Of a stretch of 64,000 nt of DNA, positions 20,068-27,812 are shown in pieces (the stretch's first letter is position 1; each line of letters opens with the position of its first letter). Location: the IMG/VR virus record IMGVR_UViG_3300047160_007578, positions 1-64,000 of that record. One strand, given 5' to 3'. The notes under the pieces are model-generated. The model worked only from the letters and a program-made list of their open reading frames with translations. It was not told the origin of the DNA and ran no database searches. The position numbers were made by a program, and so were the translations under genes. The stretch is from a virus.

Positions 20068-20283
20068 CTAACTCCCGATAGAGAACACGGTTACATCGCG
20101 CTTCGCCGCGCACTTCGGTGCGCGAAACCAATTGCGCTTCGCTTCGGCAATGGCCATTTGTTCAGCATTGTGCCGCTTTTCTTCGCGGGTCGCGCCCGGA
20201 ACGTCCGGACGATACTGAGGCAAAGTCATCGTATACTTTTTCTTGCCCGCGACGAAAATCTCGACATACACGAAAATCATCAT
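20068..20283 (-). CDS. Hypothetical module gene, paralog of 16491-16709
   Basis: Collinear similarity with 16491-16709. Confidence 0.8.
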   Translation of the reverse strand: MMIFVYVEIFVAGKKKYTMTLPQYRPDVPGATREEKRHNAEQMAIAEAKRNWFRAPKCAAKRDVTVFSIGS

Positions 20284-20889
20284 GGCCAAACCCCTTAGCG
20301 TTGACTCCCCGAACAATGTAATTCTAGTTCCGGCCCGGGGAGAGTCAACCGATTTTGAGCAATAATCACAAAAGTAATTGCGCAACTTTCTGCGCAGCCG
20401 CTGCGCAGACCGGTTCCCTAGAGATAAGCAATACACTGCTCAAAAGTGTTGCAGAATCATACATGCCCCGTAAACGCTCTAGGATCGCTCTGGCGCGACT
20501 TTCGACGCGCGGCTGTAGCTAAGCTACAGCGGAATTCCGATCGGGGCTTCTTAGACGGCGCTAATTTCCTACATTAGTTGGCGATAATCTCCAGTATTAG
20601 GCGGCGCTAATCATTTGACTTAGGCTCGATTATATGCTAGGGTATGGTGGACAGATGCCGCGCAATGAACAGGTGTACAATGAACGTATGTACAGTGTAC
20701 AGAGTGACAGTGAGCGCACGGACAGTGCGCGCCTGTACAGTGTACAAAACGCCAGTGGATGCCTGCGCAGCGCACGGCTGAACACTGTACAGGCGTCCAC
20801 CGGGATTCGCACCCCTCCCGCCGCTATATACAAGCGCTGCGAAATGGAACAGGAATAGGAATTCCTTTTTCCAATTTCGCGCGCCGTTT

Positions 20890-21102
20890 TCACGGCTTCC
20901 AGTTAGGCGGACCGTTAGTGGCCATTTGAACAGCGGCGGCAGCAATCCGCTGCAACGTCATGCCGCGAGCATCATGCTCGCGAGCAAGTATCTCGCGGCC
21001 GATTTCCATTGCAGCCGCGAAGTTGATCGGTCCGCCGCTCCAAGCAAGACGGTTCGCCACGTGGATAATGATCGCCTCTTGATTAATCCAGTTAGTCAGC
21101 AT
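20890..21102 (-). CDS. Hypothetical module gene
   Basis: GGAGG RBS; promoter at 21134-21161. Confidence 0.65.
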   Translation of the reverse strand: MLTNWINQEAIIIHVANRLAWSGGPINFAAAMEIGREILAREHDARGMTLQRIAAAAVQMATNGPPNWKP

Positions 21103-21133
21103 GGCCGATTCCTCCCGTTGTTGACTCTGCACA

Positions 21134-21204
21134 ATCATAGCACAGAAAAAAGACTTGTCAAATAAAAATTTCCTCTTGACAGATTAAAGATCATAGCGTA
21201 TGAT
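21134..21204. promoter_or_regulatory. Back-to-back sigma70-like promoters
   Basis: Minus: TTGACA-16-TATGAT (21161-21134). Plus: TTGACA-17-TATGAT (21176-21204), with the 13-bp palindrome in its spacer. Confidence 0.8.
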
Positions 21205-21243
21205 TAAGTGAGTTCAAAACAACCCTTTTCCTGGAGAGATACC

Positions 21244-21459
21244 ATGATTCTGGAAGAATGGCAGATGGACAATATCTTGCAGCGCCAAAAAGCCGAGATA
21301 ATCAACCTTATCGACGCGGGCAAGATCGATGAAGCGCTGACGGTTCTGCGCATCCTGGAGCCGTTGTGGGACGGTGTTACACCGAACTACAGCTACAAGC
21401 GCACCGAACTTCTCAAGCGCGCCAACGATTGGTGCGAAGCGAATCTCCCGGAAACATAG
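21244..21459 (+). CDS. Hypothetical module gene
   Basis: GGAG RBS; own promoter. Confidence 0.65.
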   Translation: MILEEWQMDNILQRQKAEIINLIDAGKIDEALTVLRILEPLWDGVTPNYSYKRTELLKRANDWCEANLPET

Positions 21460-21540
21460 TCCAGACGCGCCAGGATCGCTCTGGCGCCCAAAAGTTTCGG
21501 CCAACGTAGCTTATGTACGTTGGCCGAAACATAAATCGTT

Positions 21541-21580
21541 AAAAAAGGAGGGGGACGGTCCTAAGACCGTCCCCTTTTTC
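21541..21580. terminator. Probable bidirectional intrinsic terminator
   Basis: A-run, GGGGACGGTC-loop-GACCGTCCCC, T-run between convergent genes. Confidence 0.7.
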
Positions 21581-21796
21581 CTATCGAACCCGTCGCATGT
21601 ATTCCAGGTTGCGAGAGGCGCGCCGTCGCGCGGTAGACTCTCGCTCGTTGACAGCGCGGCGGAACTCCAGCGCCTCTTGCTCCGTGTCAAAACCGTGTTC
21701 CGTTGTGTCCCGTCCGAGTAGAACGGCGGGCGCCTTGAAAACGGGCGCATCCGCCATACCGCTATGATCGGACACATAAACGTACCATCGTAGCAT
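21581..21796 (-). CDS. Hypothetical module gene
   Basis: 71 aa with RBS. Confidence 0.55.
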   Translation of the reverse strand: MLRWYVYVSDHSGMADAPVFKAPAVLLGRDTTEHGFDTEQEALEFRRAVNERESTARRRASRNLEYMRRVR

Positions 21797-21808
21797 CGCT
21801 GTTTCCCC

Positions 21809-22030
21809 CTAATAGACAATGTACAAGTTGCCAACGGCGTCGCCAGTTGAAAGACGACGACAAATGATCTTTTTGACCGGTCCGCGCAACTTGTGTCGCC
21901 ATTTGTCGCACCACGCTTTGATTTCAGCATCGGTAGCGCGACGGTACTCGTTCGGCCAACGTCGAACGCAATCGTCGTTGTACTTGCGAATTGCCTTTTT
22001 CAGTGAGCGATACCATGTTTTCAAGATCAT
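21809..22030 (-). CDS. Basic hypothetical module gene
   Basis: GAGG RBS; conserved leader and promoter. Confidence 0.65.
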   Translation of the reverse strand: MILKTWYRSLKKAIRKYNDDCVRRWPNEYRRATDAEIKAWCDKWRHKLRGPVKKIICRRLSTGDAVGNLYIVY

Positions 22031-22170
22031 TGTTTTCCCTCTCGTTGTCTCGTTGACTCTGCACAATCATAGCATCGAAAAACCATTTGTCAAATTATTT
22101 TTTCCACTTGACAGATTAATAATCGTAAGCTAGGATTGTGCAGAGTTAACAACACCACCTGAGGACAATC

Positions 22171-22422
22171 ATGCCGATTACCGAAACCTTGAACAAATCG
22201 CCCAACGTCAACGGCGTGATTGTGGCGCTTATCCGCCACGTCAATGGCAAGTACAGTGTGCAGCGCTGCAAGCTTGCGACAGGACAATGGCAAGCGCGCA
22301 CTTGCGCACTGGATTGCGAACGCCACGCGTTTGAAATCTTTTGCCGAGAGTCATACGCGTTGCTGCACAATTGCAACCCGTTCGACGTGCATCTCGGTAC
22401 CGATTGCGACGATGAATGGTAA
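22171..22422 (+). CDS. Hypothetical module gene
   Basis: GAGG RBS; TTGACA..TAGGAT promoter from 22108. Confidence 0.65.
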   Translation: MPITETLNKSPNVNGVIVALIRHVNGKYSVQRCKLATGQWQARTCALDCERHAFEIFCRESYALLHNCNPFDVHLGTDCDDEW

Positions 22423-22770
22423 ACCGCTTAGGGCGCCTTTGGCGCTCACTGGATCATTCCAACGTACATAAGCTACGTTGGAATGGTCTAAGGGCGCCAG
22501 GAACGATCCTGGCGCTTCTGCTGCCCGCGACCGGGGAATAGGCGCCGATAGTCGGCAGTGCGCCCGGTCGCGGGAGTCGTTGGCGCCGCGGGGAGGGGAT
22601 AGGGAGTCGTACCCGCGGCGCCCTTGTGCTTTGCTTACGGTCCCTACGGCCAGTGCATGGCTTGTTTTCTCCTATGCGGACACGTGCCGCCGTTGTTGAA
22701 GATGCTCAATTGTAGCTCGCGATACCAGGATTGTCAAGGAAAAATCCCTGACAATCCCAGCAAGGTCGAA

Positions 22771-22950
22771 CTAGGACGGGAGCGCGCCGACGCGCTTGCA
22801 GTACTCGGTGTAAAGCGCTTCGTTGTCGCCAGTGAGCGCCCGGACGCGAGCGCGAATGTCGTCCCACGAACAGCCGCCGTCCCGCGCGGCATTCTTGATA
22901 TCCTGCAAGCGCTCCTCCACGGTTCGCTCGCGATTCTCGTAAGTGGACAT
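22771..22950 (-). CDS. 59-aa hypothetical module gene (MSTYENRERT...), not in the ORF track
   Basis: Translated by hand; AAGGA RBS; TTGACA..TATGAT promoter upstream. Confidence 0.6.
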   Translation of the reverse strand: MSTYENRERTVEERLQDIKNAARDGGCSWDDIRARVRALTGDNEALYTEYCKRVGALPS

Positions 22951-23115
22951 TGCTGCACTTCCTTTCGGATGGTGTTGTGTTTTGAACTCACCTAATCATA
23001 CGGCGCGATTCTCGGATTGTCAAGGAAAAAGATTCCTAATCTTTTTCCTTGACAACGCTATTTTGTAAGGTATGATTGTGCAGAATCAACAACGCAACCT
23101 GAGAGGTTCAATCCA

Positions 23116-23316
23116 ATGGGAAAAATCAGTCTCCGATGGTATCGCGACCGCGACCGTGGTCAACAGGCTGCCGACACAACCGGCGCCGAGCAAACCGCGT
23201 GCGGAACATGGCCGATGGCTGTTTGGCCGTGCGACAACGCGACAATCGCCAATCTCCGTTGGGCATGGTTGCTTGACACGTTTGGCGTCAACGCCGAGAC
23301 CCGCCACGAATGCTGA
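23116..23316 (+). CDS. Hypothetical module gene
   Basis: GAGG RBS; promoter and conserved leader. Confidence 0.55.
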   Translation: MGKISLRWYRDRDRGQQAADTTGAEQTACGTWPMAVWPCDNATIANLRWAWLLDTFGVNAETRHEC

Positions 23317-23422
23317 GAAACGCGCCAGGATCGATCCTGGCGCCCCGATCTTTTTTCCAACGTAGCTAAGCTACGCTAGAAAAAAGATCGGGGCGCCAGA
23401 GCGGTCCTGGCGCGTCCGCGGC

Positions 23423-23779
23423 CTATCGTCGCGGGAGTTTTTTCACGTCGGCATTGGACGGTTGGCGCAGGATGATTAGGGCGCTTTCGCACACAAATTC
23501 GCCCGTATCGTTGTCCTGGAAGTATCCGCGACCGCAAACGGGACAGTCGATTTTCGCGGTCAACCCCTCGCGAGGAATCATGTACGGTTCAGGAATGGCC
23601 GCGAAGATCGCGCTATCCTTTGGGCATTTGACGATGGTGCGCGTCGGATAGGTTGCAGCAACCCCGTCAGCATACCCGCGGAAATATTCCTTGTTCGCGC
23701 GGTCTGACTCGAATGCGCGGAATCCAGCTTTGGGCACAGAGTTCCGCCCGTCCCGGAATCCCTTGTCATACGCTTTCAT
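23423..23779 (-). CDS. Hypothetical module gene with zinc-ribbon-like motif
   Basis: AYDKGFRDG / YFRGYADG repeats; CPVC. Confidence 0.65.
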   Translation of the reverse strand: MKAYDKGFRDGRNSVPKAGFRAFESDRANKEYFRGYADGVAATYPTRTIVKCPKDSAIFAAIPEPYMIPREGLTAKIDCPVCGRGYFQDNDTGEFVCESALIILRQPSNADVKKLPRR

Positions 23780-23920
23780 TCTGTTTCCTCTCGTTGACTC
23801 GTTGTCTACACTGATACCATAGCACAAGAAAATCCGTTGTCAAATAAAAAATTGGATTTGACTAATAATCAATCGTGAGCTAGGATTGTGCAGAGTTCAA
23901 ACACAACCCGGAGAAAAACA

Positions 23921-24247
23921 ATGCTCTGTCCAAAGTGTTGCGACGATGGTAAACCGTCGTACATCTTTTGCCCAAATTGTGGGCATGCGCTGCGCACGTT
24001 TACGGCATGGCCGTTGACGGCATCGCCTGAGTTCCTCGCGTTCTGTCAAGCGTGGAATACTGGCATTCACAGCGCTCTAGGTCAAGTGAACGCAACGGGA
24101 ACAATCCACGATTGGCAAGTTAGTGGCATCGTCCGCGAGCTAATCAATATCGCTCGCCTAATGCCGCGGCGCTTGCCTCTGGCACAAGAGGATATTGCCG
24201 AAGCGTACATTGAATTCTTTGACCGTATTATGCTCGCAGGCAAATAA
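23921..24247 (+). CDS. Zinc-ribbon module gene
   Basis: CPKC..FCPNCG; GGAG RBS; promoter. Confidence 0.7.
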   Translation: MLCPKCCDDGKPSYIFCPNCGHALRTFTAWPLTASPEFLAFCQAWNTGIHSALGQVNATGTIHDWQVSGIVRELINIARLMPRRLPLAQEDIAEAYIEFFDRIMLAGK

Positions 24248-24365
24248 ACCGTCTAGGGCGCTCATGGCGCCTCTTTGTGCGCTCCAGCGTAGCTAAGCTA
24301 CGTTGGAATGCCGCGCGTCGCGCCAGAGGGGAGCCAGGGGCATCCTGCCCCTGGTGGACGGGTGT

Positions 24366-24599
24366 TCACTTGCCGCGGCGCTTCTTGCTGAAAGCGCTGC
24401 CGCGCTTGTTCATCTTGCGCCGTTCCTGAGGCGCGCGGTTTGCGGGAAGCGTGGTATCGCGTTCGGCGTGAATCGTAGGCGTTGATCCCGCCTTTTTCAC
24501 TTTGCCTAGCGCGAGTTCCATCTCTTCAATCCAATCCAGCTTAAACAGGCGCTTCCTGTTTCCGCTAGCGATGACGATTTGTCCGCGTCGCGTTCGCAT
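24366..24599 (-). CDS. Basic hypothetical module gene
   Basis: RBS and promoter; stop abuts the repeat flank. Confidence 0.65.
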   Translation of the reverse strand: MRTRRGQIVIASGNRKRLFKLDWIEEMELALGKVKKAGSTPTIHAERDTTLPANRAPQERRKMNKRGSAFSKKRRGK

Positions 24600-24777
24600 T
24601 GTCTTTCCCTCTCAGGTTGTTGGTTGCGTCTCAACTACATTCCAATATACAACACGATTGCGAGCATGTCAAACGGATTTCAAGAAAAGATTTTTAGTCA
24701 TTTTCGTTTGACATGCTCGCGATTGTATTGTATGATTGTGCAGAGTTAAACAACGACACCCAAACAAGGGGAATCAA

Positions 24778-25125
24778 ATGGAAAGCAATGCGGTGAGTTC
24801 ACTAGGCTACCACTTTGTGGCGCAACCTGAAAGCGCACAAGTGGAATGCACAACGCGTATCGGCAAGCGCGACGCCAAACCGCGACCGCAATCGCCGGCG
24901 CGCTTACACTTCAATGGAAAATTGAAGCGTCGCGAGCGACGCGCACACAACGCGCATCCGCGCCGGTTAACCGATGATGCGCTGTTTTCGCTCGTTGCAA
25001 GCGCGTTCGCCCTACTCGGACGCCACGCGCGTCCAGGTGAGACGTTCCGCGCTTGTCGCGCCGCGAAAGGCGCGAAGGATGCCGCCGATGCCGTCAAGCG
25101 CATCATCGATGAAATCAACCGATAG
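24778..25125 (+). CDS. Basic hypothetical module gene
   Basis: RBS, promoter and conserved leader. Confidence 0.6.
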   Translation: MESNAVSSLGYHFVAQPESAQVECTTRIGKRDAKPRPQSPARLHFNGKLKRRERRAHNAHPRRLTDDALFSLVASAFALLGRHARPGETFRACRAAKGAKDAADAVKRIIDEINR

Positions 25126-25254
25126 GATAAGCGCCAGAGCCACGGACGGCTCTTTGGCGCTCACCAAATCGTTCCAACGTAGTTAAGCTACAGCGGAATT
25201 TTTTGCGTCGATTAGGGAGCCAACCAGGGCATCCTGCCCCTGGTGGACGAGTGT

Positions 25255-25476
25255 TCACTTCGGCGGACCGATCCAGACCAGCAAATGCGTGCGCTCGCGG
25301 TGCACGAGTTTGGCATCGACAAGCTTTTGGATGATGCCGTTGAACGTGTCTAGGCTCATGCGCCCAGACAGATTCGCGTACATATGTCCCGCTGGCACAC
25401 TACCTAACTCGCGAATCACATCGCCGACGGCAGCGATTACCTTGATTGCGGCGATGATTTGCTCTTTCGTGGACAT
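25255..25476 (-). CDS. Small winged-helix-like module gene
   Basis: Helical protein ending LVDAKLVHRERTHLLVWIG; AAGGA RBS. Confidence 0.6.
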   Translation of the reverse strand: MSTKEQIIAAIKVIAAVGDVIRELGSVPAGHMYANLSGRMSLDTFNGIIQKLVDAKLVHRERTHLLVWIGPPK

Positions 25477-25715
25477 TGGATTGCGTTCCTTTCGTTGCGT
25501 GCGGTTTAGTGGTTCAGTGTCGTTCACTACAATGTAATGATAGGACACAATCGCGAGAATGTCAAACGGATTTGATTAAAAATCTGGCTTTTCCAAAAAC
25601 GCTCTAGAATCGCCTAGGATGCTCTAGAATCGACGCGCGCCGTTCCAACGTAGTTAAGCTACATCGGAATTTTTTGCGTCGCGCCTGCGCCGTCCTAGCG
25701 CATCCGCGGGCCGTT

Positions 25716-25925
25716 CTAGCCCATTAGAATTTTCCAGACCGTTCCCAGACCGCACCGATAGTGCCAATACATACACCATATACCAGTGTTCATTGCCCAG
25801 CAAAACAGGACAATATAGGTATACTGTACATTGTTCCATCGCTTCTTACTGTTTACACTGTGATACGTTGTAATCAACGTGATGACAGTAAACAGCGCGG
25901 CGAAAACGGCCAAATTGTGCTGCAT
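25716..25925 (-). CDS. Small 2-TM membrane protein (module gene)
   Basis: GGAGG RBS; two hydrophobic segments. Confidence 0.6.
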   Translation of the reverse strand: MQHNLAVFAALFTVITLITTYHSVNSKKRWNNVQYTYIVLFCWAMNTGIWCMYWHYRCGLGTVWKILMG

Positions 25926-26149
25926 TGTGTTTCCTCCCGTGTCGTGTTGTCAACCTAATAGAGTCTAGCATAGAATGGCGCGATTGTCAAACGAAAATGA
26001 TCAAAAATCCCAAAAAATCCCAAAAAACATTGCCTCTGGAGCATAGCGCCAACGCGTTAGGGCGCTTTCTGGCGCTAGATTTTTCGGCCAGCGTATTAAA
26101 GCTACATCGGAATGGCGCGCGTCGATCCTGCGCGATTCTGGCGCGTTTT

Positions 26150-26520
26150 TTATTTCCTATCGCAAATGTAGGAATTTAGCGCCGCCTAACTATTTGCCAC
26201 AAAAAAGATCTTTAATCTCTCAATGCCGATTTGCCACAAAAAAAAGATCGCAATTATCCGCAATCGGAATTTGCCACAATTCCTATCTCAATTGTATTGC
26301 ACAATCGCGATTTGCTACAATCGTGATCTTTAATCAATCTTTATCTCAAATATTTGCTACAAAAACGGTCGCAATTGTATTGCACAATTCCTATTTGCTA
26401 CAAAAGAGATAGAAATTAATCAAATCTTTTTGAGATATTCCTACTATTTCTATCTCAATTGTAGCGAACATTTGAGATAAAGAGAGTATCTTTATATTTC
26501 TACTATTTAGGTCTTTAATC
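26150..26520. repeat. AT-rich non-coding region with short degenerate repeats
   Basis: ATTTGCYACAA x5, CAATTGTATTGCACAAT x2, several TTYCTAY. Confidence 0.75.
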
Positions 26521-26539
26521 TCCCTTACGAAAAATTAAC

Positions 26540-26897
26540 TTGACAATGCCGCGTAGTATGCTATGATAGTATCGTGGAGTATGCGCCGATTGGTTTGGCG
26601 CGGGCCGGAAAAGATTTGATTAATTCCGGTTTGGCACGGGAATTGCTGGCGAATTCTGATTAAAAATCGCTGGACATACGAGCGCTGGACAAAGGAACAG
26701 TAAAAAGAAATCCAAAATTCGGTTTGACAATCGGCCAGAGTGAGCTAGAGTCTATTAGAGTGAGATTGACGCAACGACACGACAAAATGAAAGGGGATTT
26801 TGAGGCGCGCGGAATTAAACTTGCACTATCCGCGCGGCCGAAAAAACCGGAACAAAAAAACGAAAAAATTTGACTTTCCGGTTTTTCGTGCTATACT
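26540..26897 (+). promoter_or_regulatory. Three tandem sigma70-like promoters
   Basis: TTGACA-16-TATGAT (26540-26567), TTGACA..TAGAGT (from 26724), TTGACT-16-TATACT (26870-26897); the first and third have an extended TGn. Confidence 0.75.
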
Positions 26898-26903
26898 GGA
26901 GTG

Positions 26904-27800
26904 TAAGGTTAAGTGAGCGAGTGGTTGCTTGACTCGCGCGGTTCGATTCCGCGGCGCTCAAATCGGTTTAGGCACTTCGCCTAGACTGCAACGCTACCAT
27001 TGGAGGAAAAAGCCACAACCGAAACGGCGCACGTGAGGCTAATCCCCTGACACGGGCGCAATATACATAGCGGTGGGACCGCTACGGTGAATCATTGTAC
27101 ATCATAGGCGTCGCGCCTATCGGTTCGATCAATGATCTTTCCGCGTCCATTCATCCCGATGCCGCAAGGCTAGACGGTACGTCAAGAGGCAAGCGCCCAG
27201 CTTGCTAGACGCTAGTGCCGTGGTGATTGGACAAAGACTGATTAAAGATCGGGCACGGTGCGTCAAGTATGCTCTGTATGCAACGACACTATGCGAATTG
27301 CCGAAAGTAGACGGCTAACGGGTCACAGTTGCCCGGTTCAAGAATCCCCAGCTAACGTAGAGACGAGCTGGCGTCCAATCCTGTAAGGGGTGGTCACAAA
27401 CCATCCACGGGTAAACGGCAAGTTTGATCTTTGATCAAAGTTGCCCGAAAACCGCAGAGATTGCAGGACAGACGAAAAAGAACCACCATAAGACAGGCTA
27501 CCGCCCAACTATGATCGTGGAAGCGGCCCAAAAACCGCTGATCCGTGTGAGTAGGGTAGCTTAACATTTCTTATGGTGACTGTGCGGCGCTTCGGAATGA
27601 GCACCTGACCTTTCTTTCCCGTAAGGGAAATTCGTCAGATTCCATCCGGGTCGTGTAAATATCCGTTCCGTGTGGAATGGAACACGATTTGGAAAATCAC
27701 GTTTGCCTTTCGTCCCCGCCCTATGCCAACCGTTGACAGCTACAACGATTTTTAATCGTCTCGCTGTGCAACGGTGGCAAGGGCCGGAACGTGGCAGAAA
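26904..27800 (+). ncRNA. Large structured non-coding RNA / leader, family unassigned
   Basis: No credible ORF; strong promoters upstream; many stems incl. GNRA hairpins; long-range CACCATAAGA/TCTTATGGTG and GCTACC/GGTAGC pairings; tRNA-like T-arm at the 5' end. Confidence 0.75.
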
Positions 27801-27812
27801 GATAGGTGACTC

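Larger units (their letters stand above)
16048..26150. repeat. Family of 14 dispersed ~100-bp symmetric elements with a 19-bp palindromic core (type copy GCTGTAGCT-A-AGCTACAGC)
   Basis: Cores start at 16096, 16853, 17426, 18120, 19032, 19706, 20512, 21503, 22461, 23359, 24286, 25176, 25647 and 26090; flanked by GCGCCAGGA..CTGGCGC-type hairpins. Confidence 0.92.

Noticed and set aside
16048-26150. Canonical integron attC array
   Set aside because: No consistent RYYYAAC/GTTRRRY ends, genes occur in both orientations with their own promoters, and no IntI is in the window; kept only as an analogy
26884-26891. Self-target of array spacer GCACGAAA in the ncRNA promoter
   Set aside because: Only one 8-nt half matches (about 2 expected by chance in the window), and neither neighbouring spacer matches the adjacent DNA
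26913-26960. Bona fide tRNA gene
   Set aside because: Too short; lacks separate D and anticodon arms
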